NCBI RefSeq assembly: GCF_000002075.1
Contig: NW_004797511.1
Coordinates: 881,549-945,548 of the forward strand
DNA length: 64,000 nt
Direction: 5' to 3'
From: Aplysia californica
Taxonomy: Eukaryota
The notes under the pieces: generated by a model
The model's input: the letters and a program-made list of their open reading frames with translations, nothing else
What the model was told of the DNA's origin: nothing
Database searches by the model: none
Made by a program: the position numbers and the translations under genes
Part shown: piece by piece, positions 1-13,533 of the stretch
Layout of the letters: each line of letters opens with the position of its first letter
How positions within the stretch are numbered: position 1 is the first letter of the stretch

Positions 1-954
1 CCACCCCGAGAAAACAGCAAGGGAGTCGGAACTAAATTGGAAAGAAGTATTCTTTTTTGCAGAAGGAACACATGGAAGTAAAGTGATTCTTTTTAATAAC
101 AGATCAAAATGTGAACATGGTAAAATAGTGATTAAAACAGACAGAATTTTTGGGGTTCATCTAACTTTTCAAATAGTAAGTGTATACGACACAGTTATCA
201 AATCTTGAAAATTAAAGCTCACTGATCAGCTTTATTCTCTTTTTAACAATGTGGATGCAGACCATATGATTATCTGCGGAGATTTCAATATTTTCTTAAA
301 CAACACACTTGACATTATTGCTAGAGAACTACATGATATGATAGTCTGTAGAAAAATCCATCGACTGGGTTCAAAACTGTTACCTTAGGGGCGTGTGGCG
401 TTCGTTACATGGTGAGGAAAAAGACTTTACATGGTCAAGGCCCACCCCATTCACTGCACGTCGTCTCGACTACATATTCGGTCATGAGGAATTTTCCCAA
501 CAAGTAGTAGAAAATAGCCATGGAATTTTCTACGGCACGGGGCATGAAGGGATTGTAACTGTTTTTAGATCGGATGAGCTTAAAAGAAGACCATTGGTTT
601 GGAAATGTTAATAATTCGTTATTATATGATAAGACATTTGTATGTGACATGAATCAGTGTATTTATGACTTTTTTTTTTTTTTTAGTCAACCGCTGACTA
701 TACTTTCTATAATAAGAGGGGAATTACTAAAAAAAATACTAGCTAGGAGACAGGTATGGTACATGTGGTTTAAAGAAAACAAAACAAGCTTTGAGATACA
801 GAGAAATCGCGCTAACTAATGAAATTGCTACATTAAACAAACTTATAATTCGTCAGGAAAAGGCGTGAAATTGAAAAGATAGAGCTTAATAGAAATAAAT
901 TGGCCCCAAAATTAGATCAAGGGTAAAGAGGGTGAGAAAAACACGAAATTCTTA
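1..954 (+). mobile_element. Decayed Tx1/L1-clade LINE ORF2, APE endonuclease region
   Basis: Frameshifted IICGDFN, VWRSLHG..FTWSRPTPFTARRLDYIF, WKCNNSLL, EGEKNTKF. Confidence 0.8.
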
Positions 955-1236
955 TTAACTCACTCAATCGTGCCCGTTTTTGCCGTAGTCTGACCACCCA
1001 GCCTGCCGATTTTAGGGTATTTTAAAAAATTCATTGTGTCTATTGTATGAAAGCAACATGGATGAAATTTTCAGTGTTTTAAGATAAGATAATAAGCTGT
1101 ATGGAAATGCAAAAAGATTTGAGTTATCTTTTTTCTCACGGTACTTATCTTTGTCGAGATAACAACAGATAACAACAAATAACTGACAACATCAAATAAC
1201 AACAGACAACAACAAAATAACAACAAATATATGTTG

Positions 1237-1237
<1 letters not shown>

Positions 1238-1291
<54 letters not shown>

Positions 1292-1320
1292 GCTGCTGCT
1301 GCTACTACTACTACTACTAT
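1238..1320. repeat. (TAC)n/(TGC)n microsatellite
   Basis: Direct reading; source of the poly-Y ORF. Confidence 0.95.
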
Positions 1321-2127
1321 CAACATCACAAGCCTATAACGTCATTCAGCTCACATTTCCACTCCTGTCCAAAACTCCGGCGCCTTTTTTGGCAGTATCG
1401 GCTGGGTCCTTGGGTCCGACAGTGCCTGAGCTGTAGAAATCACTGGGCGTCAGGTAATGGTACCTGGGGGACAACAAAAATGGACACTGGTCAGCAATTG
1501 GTGGTTGACGGGTGCTCCGGTATGGTTTGCTCCTTCTTTTGTGTCAAACGTCTAACGTCCTTATCTCTGCTCCTTCATTCGTGTGTTTGTTTCTTATTTC
1601 TTATCAAATACCTATCGTCCGCATCTCTCTTCCTCGTTATATTTTAAAATAACCTAACGTTTTGCAAGTGCTGTAAAACTTGATAGTTTGGTAATTTGCT
1701 CGTATTTATCAGCAAACACAATATAATAATAGCCCAGTAATCCACATCTTATTATTAAACTATCTATGCTCGTATATGTCTTGACAGACGATCGTAACGC
1801 AGTGTGCGTGATGCATCTTTGCCTGGGCGATAGACACAGACGGCATGGAGTGCACAAATGCCGCTCATTTCCCTTCAGGTTAGGACTTTCTTGATATGGT
1901 CCAAAGCAGAGATAATATTATTGTCAATGCGTTTGGAATTAAAGAGAGAGTAAGGGTATGTCTAACATTTTAAAAAACCTAAGAAAATAATCTGAAACAC
2001 ACACTCATTTACACTTACACACACCCCNNNNNNNNNNNNNNNNNNNNNNNNNNNNNNNNNNNNNNNNNNNNNNNNNNNNNNNNNNNNNNNNNNNNNNNNN
2101 NNNNNNNNNNNNNNNNNNNNNNNNNNN

Positions 2128-2345
2128 CTACTACTACTACTACTACTACTACTACTGCTACTGCTACTGCTACTGCTACTGCCACTGCAACTGCGCTACC
2201 ACTACCTACCACTACCACTACCTACCACTACCACTACCTACCACTACCTACCACTACCTACCACTACCTACCACTACCTACCACTACCAATACCAATACC
2301 ACTACAGCTACCGCTACCACTGCCGCTGCTACATAACCACTACTG
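2128..2345. repeat. (CTA)/(CTACTG)/(CCACTACCTA)n simple repeats beside a gap
   Basis: Direct reading. Confidence 0.9.
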
Positions 2346-2519
2346 TCACCAGTAGTGATGCGCGGGTGCTCTTAGCAGGTACTTCTCATTGCTCTAGTGC
2401 TTTTCCTTTTTTTTTTTTTACTTTGACTTATTCGTGAAAGAGGCGTGCGTGTACATGTGCCAAACATGAAATACCTGTAATTGTCATTAACTGATTTATC
2501 TGCAAAAACAATAGTTATG

Positions 2520-3790
2520 ACTTTAGGGCGTTTTGTTTTCTATTTGAGATATGGTCACCTTGTCCAACTGATGTTGAGCCAAAACATAGACAAAGTGATA
2601 TAGGCCTATACCCTGAACTAAAAAGCGTTGGCGTTCAGAGTACAGTAAACATAATAAAAAGTGTTGTGGCAGGCCGTTTTGAGTTACTAAGACAATGAGG
2701 TCAGAAACCAATTAATTGAATGTTCTATCTGCTATATCAAATCACAAGGTTATTTGGAGTCGTAACCAATACATTCAAAGGATTGCATTCGAAGAAACTT
2801 GACATGTTGTGAAACTCAGCATTTTCATCGCCAAATTTCTCAGAACTAGGTATTGGCGGAGACACAAAGTACTGAGCGGACAGAACGTTGTAATTCTAAG
2901 GTAACGAAGTGCCCTCAGTCGAAGGAGAGAAATACAGGCGAGTTGAAACCGTAAAAAAACAGACAGAGAGGTGAAAGAGGACAACGCTTCTGTGTTCTGT
3001 AATGTTGTCAACCATATTGGGAAAACTCAGACTGTTGTGTGACAAACGATGTCCAGGATACTGAGAATGGTTTTATAAATAAAACAATTTGGCAAGATCT
3101 GGGTAGATCTGTCTCAAATGTTTGGAGTCGTTACCAAGACATTGAAAGAATTGCATTCGAAGAAGTTTGACATGTTCTGAAACTCAACATTTTCATCGCT
3201 AAATTTCTCAGACCTAGGTATTGGTGGAGACACAAAGTACTGAGCAGACCACAGGTGTTGAATTCTGTGGAGCAGACAGAACTTTGTAATTCTAAGGTAG
3301 CGAAGTGCCCTCAGTCGAATAGAAGGAGAGAAATACAGGGGAGTTGAAACCGTAAAAAAAAACAGACAGAGAGGAGAGGTGGAAGTGGACAACGCTTCTG
3401 GGTGCTGAAATGTTGTCAACCATATTGGGAAAACTCAAACTGTTGTATGACAAACGATGTCCAGGATACTGAGACAGGTTTTATAAATAAGACAATTTTG
3501 TAAGATCTGGATAGATATGTCTCAAATGTTCTAAGTCCATTAATGGGCTTGTAACATACAACATCCTCAAGTGGTATTCAAACGCACAAACCAACGAGGC
3601 AACTTAGATCAGCTTCGACAAAACAAGTAATGTAGCCTAGTTGAACCAACTTGGTGTTAGAAATCCAATTATCCGAGGCTCTGTTTTTAATTTGGGCGAA
3701 AAGTCTGGATCAGTTACGAAGAACATCAGAGAAGCGAAGTCTTTGAATTATAAACTGAAACACCACTTTAACACATGCCTATCTATAGGG
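2520..3790 (+). mobile_element. Decayed L2/CR1-group LINE 3' part with an internal tandem duplication (2753-3120 / 3121-3528)
   Basis: Broken ORF2 C-terminal motifs RQLRSAS, G-x-KVW..NIREAKSL..KLKH. A second copy of the 3' end lies at about 6350-6590. Confidence 0.55.
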
Positions 3791-3858
3791 CTTAATGCAT
3801 CTGTATTTTGACAGCTACAGATGCTGCTGGACTACAAAGTGAACGAAAGAGGAGAGGA

Positions 3859-3862
<4 letters not shown>

Positions 3863-3912
<50 letters not shown>
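3863..3912. repeat. (GA)n microsatellite
   Basis: Direct reading. Confidence 0.95.
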
Positions 3913-3916
<4 letters not shown>

Positions 3917-4989
3917 CAAATGTTTTTCTATCTGTATAGAATGAATGTTTTAATGAATGTTTCAAGTTACTCACGTTTCAACTTTATTATGACCGTTCGT
4001 GAATTTTTATTGCTTTGTATATTTTTAGTGAACACATTTCCAACCTCACTGCGGAGACTGTTTTTCTCATATAATTTTTACACATAATATTTATATCATA
4101 TCATGTATAATACTTTGTTTTACGTACACGCATGTCGATTAATTTTTAAGATGTGATGTCTGTTTCGTTGTAATACGCATTCAGCATTTTTTTTAGAAAA
4201 TGGAAATGCGAAGTATAAATGCTATTTATCATTATTATCATAATAAGGCATGTGATAAAAAAGATAACAATAATGATTATAAGAAATTGCATTCCCATTG
4301 ACTATTTTCATCTCGAATTATAAAAAAAAATCCACTAGTATACCCAAGAGGGGTGTTATATAAAAGTACAAATCATTTTTTTAAAAACAACAACAACAAG
4401 ATCATTGTTGACTGCTGCTTGCCATGTAAGAAATTTAGTCAACTGCAGGCACGACACATTACTGTTAATGTATGAAGGTATTATAAAATATGTTCTTTTA
4501 CTTTTGGGGAGGTAGGGGGTGGGGGCTCATGTTTATTTTATACCCCCATCGACACAAATCATTTGGGAGGCCAACCCTGGCTGAGAGGGATACAATGTCC
4601 CAGCAGAAAGACCAAGATACTGGTTCGCTGCTTATTATACAGTTCACGCTGCAAAAAGTTTCGTCAAATTAGCTTGAGGGTGGCAAGATTTTCCTGCATG
4701 GACCAGCAAAGGCTACAAATTTAGGACACTTGGATTAAATCCTCCAAAATCAAACATTAAAGAAGTATTTTCTGAGTCACAATCAGGTCAATTTGATGAA
4801 GCTCGTGGTCAACAGCCTGTCATGACATTGCTGGGCCAGATCTTTTCTTTGTGCACAGAATACGATAGGTCCTAATAAACTTCCGGGTCAAAATAAATAA
4901 CGCTAAAAGTAGAAGTCTATTGGACATAGTGTGCACTGGTCAGTGAAATCACTCTATTCCCGAACTGTGCATGCACTTGACCAATGGGC

Positions 4990-5700
4990 ATCAGTTCTAA
5001 AGCGCCGTGTTGTTCCTGTGCTCTTCCCGTGCCTCCCAACTGAAATTCATCTTGAACACGTTTCTGTATAAGATAAAGACGTAATGGGCGGGGGGGGGGG
5101 TCTGGCAATGGTGTAGCCCGCAAATCTTGAAGCAGGCCATGGGCGTCCCCAGTCTTCTTTGACAGACAAGAACATTGTAGGTGTTGATGTTTTGATTGGT
5201 GAAGAAAGGCGGCTGAAAATGTGTGATTTGGCTGACATTCAAGATGTCACACGACTGGTTGGGAATTTTCTTTTCACATTAATAACAGTAATTCGATACA
5301 TGGGTGCATCACACAGCCCCCGAGATGAAGAGGAATTCCATGACCTGGAAACACCACTCGCCACCGACGTCAAAAAAATGCATGGCTCAGCACTCTTCAA
5401 AGAAACCATGGCAACCGTTTTCTGGGATGCCAAAGTTGTTTTGCTTTTAGATATACTGCCCCCCCTCCTTCCCCGGTCAAATACTGCCAAGTATTGTGAA
5501 ACACTAAGCACATAAAGAGAATAATTCCTGTGGCGAAAAACCCCCCCAGGTCTCCCGAGAAAGGACACCATCTCGCGGCATGGTATTGCCACATTGCACA
5601 CAATAAAACTGACAAAGGGTTGGCTTCAAGAATAATATTATTGGGAGGTTCTGCGACACCCACCACACAGTCTGAACCTTGCTCCTCATAATATGTCAGA
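4990..5700 (+). mobile_element. Mariner transposase relic
   Basis: MATVFWDAK.VLLLDILP, KYCETL, WEVLRHPPHSLNLAP (degenerate YSPDLAP), with frameshifts. Confidence 0.85.
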
Positions 5701-5802
5701 GAAAAGCTTCGCGGAGGAAGAGGATCTCATTGATTCGGTCCTATCTGAGACGGACGTTAAACTAGGAGGTCCTGCCCCTTAAATAACCTATTAGTGTTGA
5801 TA

Positions 5803-6318
5803 CTTTACTCTTACTTTTATCCGCCGCTTATACCCTTTTGGATGTCGCGGGAAGAAAGAGACGTCTCTCTGTCGCCAGCCGGAGAGCTTGGGTCAGGGGG
5901 ATGCCGTGGATGTTTAATGTTTCCCTGACTCCATCTATCCAGGTCTTTCTCAGTCGCCCTCAAGCCTTGTTGCCATCGAATTTTTGGAGGTAGGTACGTT
6001 GTGCTGGAAGGTGTGTTGGTAATCGTAGGAGCGAACCATTTGATTCTTTGGTGTTGGATGTGATGCATGACATCATTTATGCCCACCATTTCTCGGATTA
6101 CACAGTTTCTAATTTTGTCTCTCCTGGTCTTGTTTACTGCTTTTCTAAGGCATCGCATTTCACATGTTGTAATTCTTTGCTCTAATGTCTTGTTCGTGGT
6201 CCATGTTTGGCATTGATAGGTGAGTGTTGGGATGAATATAAATGGTGTTGATCATTTTGAGTTTTGTTGTCATGGGGATGTTAGGATGTTTCAGTAGTGG
6301 AGTAAGCTGGTAATTAAC
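5803..6318 (-). mobile_element. 5'-truncated RTE LINE with 13-bp TSD
   Basis: IPTLTYQCQTWT..CEMRCLRK..TRRDKIRN..IKWF; TSD ATTAGTGTTGATA at 5790-5802 and 6319-6331. Confidence 0.85.
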
Positions 6319-6842
6319 ATTAGTGTTGATAGGGGCGTTAAAACCATACCCAAGAGGTATTCATACGCGCACACCTACGAGGCAACTAAGATCAGCTTTG
6401 AAAAAACAAATAATGTAGTTGAACCATCTTAGAAATAATGCCAGAGGCTCTGTTAATATTTCGGGCGCAAAGTCTGGATCAGCTACCAAGAACTTCAGAG
6501 AAGCGAAGTCTTCGAATTATAAGCGGAAACACTAGTATTACATGCATTTGTAGCCTATTTTGACAACTACAGATGCTGCTGGGGTAGAAAGTNNNNNNNN
6601 NNNNNNNNNNNNNNNNNNNNNNNNNNNNNNNNNNNNNNNNNNNNNNNNNNNNNNNNNNNNNNNNNNNNNNNNNNNNNNNNNNNNNNNNNNNNNNNNNNNN
6701 NNNNNNNNNNNNNNNNNNNNNNNNNNNNNNNNACACTACAGTACGGCACCGTGTTTAAAAAATGCATCTGCTAGTAGCCTAGCCTAAGATTTTAGGAGCT
6801 AATGAAATGATAGATCTATATTATTATTTTGAGTGTTAATCT

Positions 6843-7150
6843 TACTTAACCTTTACTTTTTTCTTCCGCTTGTACCGGGTGTGACGCGGGGAGACACAGG
6901 CGTCTGTCTGCAGCAAGGCGAGTGGCCTGTAGCAGGGACATCCCGTGAGCTCTGAGGGTGTCTGCCACAGATTCACTCCATCGTCGCCTTGGTCTTCCTC
7001 CGGCTCTCCATCCAGAATATTTGATGTTGTATGGTCTCAGAGCAGGATGGTTTGAGGGCATCCGCGTGAGGTGTCAGAACCACTTGACCTTTTGTTTTTC
7101 AATGTGTGGTAGGACTGGTGTTGCTCCTACGGTGTCCCTTATGAGTGTTA
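6843..7150 (-). mobile_element. RTE LINE 3' fragment
   Basis: KWF-HLTRMPSNHPALR..GRPRRRWSESVADTL; AAGT-type tail. Confidence 0.75.
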
Positions 7151-8399
7151 ATCGTTTTTTTGTTTTTTTTAAATCTAGATCTAGCTGGGGGGGGGGGGGG
7201 ATTGTTTTTTTTTTTGTTTTTTTTTTAGGGGGGTGGGGGTGGGGGTTAGGGGGGTTCGAAAACTATGTAGACTACATGAATTGTTTTTGTACTTAGGCCT
7301 ACTCGTTTCAGCTTATATCGCTGTGTGTTTATATTAATAGAAGACATAATTATTATTGTAGATCTATGTATTTGCATCACTTCATGACTGTAGGGCTGAC
7401 ATGAATGCTTTTTTGCGCGTGAATTCTGCACGTAGATTTATTTTAGTGCTCTTGTAGAAAAATAATATTAAGCTTTGTAAAGCGCATTGAGCATTGTAAA
7501 TTATGGAAACTGGCTAAATGCCATGCATTATTATTACCACCACCGCTATTGCCACCAGAAAAATCGAATACATGTTGTCATTTCAACATGAGAAAATAGC
7601 TAATAATAGTAATATTTTATAGCAATGCTCGCGCAGTCTTCTTTTGCGCTGTTTCTCATTACCCAATAATCTAGCATCTGCGTTTGTCGCGCAGAATCGC
7701 GGCCGCGATTTTTGGCATTTTTTGTCCGCGATTTTTGCATTTTTCAAAATGAAAAGTCTACTTTGTGTGTATTTTGATAATTTTAAGGTGTCCATTTATA
7801 GTTATTTTCACGCGAAGAATAATAGAAAGTACATTACATACTACATGTATTTATTAAATTGCTGTTTGTCTTTTATTTTTCCCTCTTTGTTGGTGTGTTA
7901 ATTTTTTGGGGGGTTAGGCCGCAACAAGGAGATTAATCTAAACTCCTTGGGCCGCAACCATATTAACGCCCGACACGGACGGTCAGACCAGACCGTCTTC
8001 GGGCACAAAAGAATGCGCACCGGCTCTTTAGTAATGGAAGGTAACAAAAACGGTTTCGTCTACCATACTGACGCCGACGTCCTGTGTCATCCGCGGTCAG
8101 ACCGTCTCCGATAAAACATGTTCTATCGAAGACGGTCCGTCGGGCGAGATGGGAGGTAATTTTAATGATTTATCTCTGCATAGTTGTGTCCCCTTTCCCG
8201 CCTCAATGCCACTACACAGAATTCTAGCAGTTCTTGGTCAGCTCTGCATATCTCTAGCAGTTCATTGAAACTAATGTTTCATGCGATAGTATTGTTGGAA
8301 TTTTTCACTATCTTCCAACAACTGCTTCACTGGCCAAAGCGTAGCGGTGTGTCTTTTTATACCCTGATATGCCATGAACACTAATCAAGGAAAAAAAAT

Positions 8400-9491
8400 T
8401 CACTCATCTCTGTTTTCAATCACACAGGGCTAAAAGCAAAAAGTTTTCTTTGACCGACTTTCGTGAGCTTTGGCCAGTGAAGCAGTTGACCGCTAAGATG
8501 ATGCCACGACTGAGCGCTGCAGATCGAGAGGGAGCCATTGGGCGTTTACAAACTGGGGACAGCCGTACTGACGTCGCTATCGCATTTCATGTGTCCCTTT
8601 CAACAGTTTGTAGGTTGTGGACATGTTTTCAAACAACTGGCAGCACCCAAGAATTGGCCTGAAGCGGGAGACCACGGGTCACCTCCACACGCCAAGATCG
8701 ACTGATTACGCGCCGTCATCACCGAGACAGCATCCTGCCTGCAGCCGAAACAGCAAGGGGGGCTATTGGAAGCCACGGACGATCGATATCCGGCCAGACC
8801 ATGCGGCGACGACTTCAGACCCGAGGACTCCGGTGCTGTCGTCCTGCGGTTGGCCCAGTCCTCACTATCCGCCACAGACAACAGAGGTTATCCTGTGCCC
8901 AGCACCGGCTTCATTGGACATGGAGGCAGTGGAGAAACATTCTTTTCTCTGACGAGAGTCAGCAACGCGGATACAGGAGTCAGAATCTGGAGGAGTAATG
9001 GCGAACGAAACGCAGACCTCAACATGATGGAAGTCGACGTCTGGGGTGGCCCTTGTGACATGATCTGGGCTGCCATTGGACTAAATCACCAGGTCGACCC
9101 TGTCGTCTTCCGAAACCTCGGACGCAAGCGTGAAAATGGAATCAACGCCCAACGTTACATCAGCATGGTGCTAAGGCCGGCGGTCCTCCCCTATGTCCAG
9201 CAACACCACCACTTGGTGTTCCAGCACGACAACGCTTGAACTGTGCCAAAATGGACTGTGCGTGTTGTGCATCCCTGTGTTTAATATTACTGTGACATTA
9301 ATGAGTCGTTAAAAAATACCAGTCGAAGATGTTTGCCCATGCTCAATGAAAATCACATTTTGGAACGTAAAACATCTGTAAAAATCACACTACTGTTAAC
9401 AATTTCAATAAAAAAAATAACCTTTTCTACACCAGAAATCCACTTGCGTTTCTTTTGTTGCTTACTTGTGTTTCTTTTGGTGTTCAGTATA
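8400..9491 (+). mobile_element. Tc1-family transposon, frameshifted and internally deleted
   Basis: MPRLSAADREGAIGRLQ (paired-like HTH), SGRPRVT, WRNILFSDES, MIWAAIG, VFQHDNA; 3' end TTTGGTGTTCAG-TA. Confidence 0.88.
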
Positions 9492-9493
9492 TA

Positions 9494-10205
9494 TGTTACA
9501 GTAAGAATGCGTACCTAGTGAATACGCGTAAACTCTGAATATTTTAGTGAATACACGTAATCCCCGTTTCACTCGGGGGTTTCACGTAATCACTGAAATT
9601 TCTAGTGATTACGCGAAATCCCTAAAATTAGACCTATCATTTTACGTGTTTTTACTACATATGTACTGAGCATTCAGTGAATTCACGTAATAGCCCGCCA
9701 CTGTACAGGGATTATGCGTTTTCACTGAAATATTCAGTGATTACGCGTATTAACTAGATTGATCTACGTGTTCTGACTGTAACATAGATAAGCCAGCTGG
9801 GAAACAAGGAGACAACGTGTGTAAGCCAGTTCCACTTGTTGATCGAAGGAGAGGCGATCCTAGAAATATCCTTGGTTTCATAATTGACAGACGAGAAGAT
9901 AGCCGTAAAAGCTGATTTGTATTCCAGAAATCAGTTCGATCTGTGCCCTGGGCGTCTTCTGAACACTGATGAAATAAACACATAAAAAATAGTTTCACTG
10001 CGTTCGGCGGTGATTTTTCAATCCTCCTCTGGTGGACAAGGCTTCACAGGAAGCAACTGTACTGATGCCAAAAAGTGTAGTTCCAGGCGATGTAAATGCT
10101 GTAAAGCAGGGCTTTAGTGTAACTTACGCTGTCATAGCAGCCTCAATTGTTGTAACAAGTGACGACGTCGATGGATTTTAGCCTTAAGTATTTAACTGAA
10201 AACTG

Positions 10206-10243
<38 letters not shown>

Positions 10244-11112
10244 GTGTCTGCCATTTAAAAAGATTTAATGCTTTGTTTTTNNNNNNNNNNNNNNNNNNNN
10301 NNNNNNNNNNNNNNNNNNNNNNNNNNNNNNNNNNNNNNNNNNNNNNNNNNNNNNNNNNNNNNNNNNNNNNNNNNNNNNNNNNNNNNNNNNNNNNNNNNNN
10401 NNNNNNNNNNNNNNNNNNNNNNNNNNNNNNNNNNNNNNNNNNNNNNNNNNNNNNNNNNNNNNNNNNNNNNNNNNNNNNNNNNNNNNNNNNNNNNNNNNNN
10501 NNNNNNNNNNNNNNNNNAAAGCAATAAAATTTGGTATGTGCTTGATCATTAGAATTTTTAAATGCTTANNNNNNNNNNNNNNNNNNNNNNNNNNNNNNNN
10601 NNNNNNNNNNNNNNNNNNNNNNNNNNNNNNNNNNNNNNNNNNNNNNNNNNNNNNNNNNNNNNNNNNNNNNNNNNNNNNNNNNNNNNNNNNNNNNNNNNNN
10701 NNNNNNNNNNNNNNNNNNNNNNNNNNNNNNNNNNNNNNNNNNNNNNNNNNNNNNNNNNNNNNNNNNNNNNNNNNNNNNNNNNNNNNNNNNNNNNNNNNNN
10801 NNNNNNNNNNNNNNNNNNNNNNNNNNNNNNNNNNNNNNNNNNNNNNNNNNNNNNNNNNNNNNNNNNNNNNNNNNNNNNNNNNNNNNNNNNNNNNNGCTAT
10901 TTAAGGAATAAACTTTTACAAAAGTATATTATACTACACATGTCTGATCAGGGATTACGCGTAATTACTGTGACCATTTTTCAGGGATTTCACGTATTTC
11001 CTGATTATTTCAGTGATTACGTGAAATCTCTGAGTGAAACAGAGATTACGCGTTTTCACTGAAATATTCAGTGATTACGCGTATTCACTAGGTACGTGTT
11101 CTTACTGTAACA
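9494..11112 (+). mobile_element. Ginger2/TDD-type DNA transposon, non-autonomous, carrying a transposase C-terminal relic at 9808-10162
   Basis: TGT...ACA termini, 38-bp TIR (36/38 match), TATA on both sides. Relic reads GDNV..PVPLVDR.RGDPRNILG, LYSRNQFDLC, GGQGF..C....CSSRRCKCCKAGL*CNLRCHSSLNCCNK*. Confidence 0.78.
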
Positions 11113-13472
11113 TATATATAGTACAGGGCAAGCCGGACCGACCTTCTGCCGCTGCTATGTCAGAGCAGGTATCATGTTGACATAATACCTGGTATTGTTG
11201 TTTCCAGTTCCAATGTCAAGCTGTCGCTTTGTACAGCTCAGCCAATGAGAATTTAGTTCAATATTGCGCCTAGAAGGATAATCAGACAATAGGGCGATAT
11301 ATAAGACTGAGATTGTTACTGTCAATGCGAATGCACTGGCACAGATCAGGTAATGCAGAAGCGGCCGTTTTGTTGACACTTGACACCTTCAGCTTTGGTA
11401 ATCTGTTTTCTACTAAAATTTCGGTCTAAGGATCTTCGTGGAAACAGATTTCCCCCTAATACTTCGGCCAGGGCTAAACAAGGCTGTATCATCCCATGTG
11501 CAGTAGCACTTAATTGAGTGAGTATACCTTTAATTTTATTTAAAGGAGCGCATTTCGTTTTAAAGGCTAAATCAGCAACGAGAATCAGATACAGATAGCN
11601 NNNNNNNNNNNNNNNNNNNNNNNNNNNNNNNNNNNNNNNNNNNNNNNNNNNNNNNNNNNNNNNNNNNNNNNNNNNNNNNNNNNNNNNNNNNNNNNNNNNN
11701 NNNNNNNNNNNNNNNNNNNNNNNNNNNNNNNNNNNNNNNNNNNNNNNNNNNNNNNNNNNNNNNNNNNNNNNNNNNNNNNNNNNNNNNNNNNNNNNNNNNN
11801 NNNNACTACAGCAACAACAACAACGGGAACAACAGCAACAACAGCAACAAAACTAAATTATTAATGATTATGGAACTTCAGGCAAAATTATCGTGGTAAA
11901 CACGAGGGGAATAATATAAATTTAGACTTCGATTGTGGCGTTGCACCCATGCAACTGAACATCTAACATTACGAGGGATGGGACAATACTGATTTATAAT
12001 AGTTGAGTTAGCTTGCCACACCAGAGGGCACATTAAGTTTCAAACTAAATTGGCCTACTTGTTGACCACATCTGACTTGGCGAACAATTATAATTATAGT
12101 ACGTATTTTACCCGATCCCAGAGAGAATTTTAGGTGTCGTGGTCCTTCGTAAGAATCTCCATAACACAGAACCTTACGCCAAAATATAGGCTAGATTTAT
12201 TATAACAAAATTGCTGCCAAGAAAAGGGTGCAAAACATTCAGCTCTAACAAATTAATTATCATTAGATTCTTTATAAAAATTAATATTATGTTTCGCTTT
12301 GATTAGCTGTTATGTTAACTTGTGCCTATTGTAAGTCATATTGTCAGTCATCTTTGTTTTGTTAAAACGTTTTAGCTTTCTGCTTCTTAATGAGTGTTTA
12401 TCCATTTTGGCTTGCAACCTTATGGGTGATTTACTGAGTTTGATCCCCTGAGCGGTTGAGTTTTTCGGTTTTCTGTCACCGTCCAGCACCCACTCTAAAA
12501 TCTCACTCATACTTCTCATAGAGTACTGTACTCATACTACTTTCAANNNNNNNNNNNNNNNNNNNNNNNNNNNNNNNNNNNNNNNNNNNNNNNNNNNNNN
12601 NNNNNNNNNNNNNNNNNNNNNNNNNNNNNNNNNNNNNNNNNNNNNNNNNNNNNNNNNNNNNNNNNNNNNNNNNNNNNNNNNNNNNNNNNNNNNNNNNNGT
12701 ATTCTTGTTGCGTTACCCAAAAGGCACCAACCTCCTAAACTTCTCTATAAGAAAGGTGCACACGACCACATGACTCTTTCTCTATTAACACATATTATTA
12801 TAATCCAATAGCCACATTCAAACTCAAGCATAACAAATAAATAGAGAGTAATTTTCATACAGACTTCGTCTTGGAAGCCCATAGTTTATTACGCTTTGTT
12901 GTGTCATCGATCTTGCTTCATCACAGTTCTATAAAACAGCTTCATATCGGGCGCATAGTAGTCTAGCCGCCACAGCTGTCGTTCTTAAACATTTCTTTAC
13001 ACACCTAGCAGGGCCCAGATCAATCAGCACACGATTCAACTGGGTGACTGTGTGGCTCAAGGACAAAAATGGTGTACATGCTAAGGTTCGTTAATTTCTT
13101 ATTCATTGTTGAAGGTCGTGGCCTGACCATAGAATCACAACCTGCGACGCCGCTAACATTTTGGAATGGTCAGTGAACCGCAGCAGCCACAGGCGCGCCT
13201 GGCGTGCTTTGATGGTGGCGAAGGCTCCCCGTGAATTAGTCTTAATAGCCGTGAATTATCTGTAAAGGATTATACTTCACGCACGACCCCCCCCCCCCCC
13301 CCCACCCCAAACAAAACTTCCCTACAGCATATGCTTTCCCAAACAAATTATCTGAACAAACCAAGCAATTAATTAGAGCTCCTTCTACCATCAATATTCC
13401 CCAAGCTCGGGGCAATTCTGAAAGCTAAAAAAGAGCTAAAACAAAACAAAACCAAAAGAACCCCCTCCCCCG

Positions 13473-13473
13473 A

Positions 13474-13533
<60 letters not shown>
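13473..13533. repeat. (ATT)n microsatellite
   Basis: Direct reading. Confidence 0.95.

Noticed and set aside
1231-1647. 138-aa poly-Tyr ORF and other low-complexity or N-spanning ORFs
   Set aside because: Translations of microsatellites, repeats or assembly gaps.
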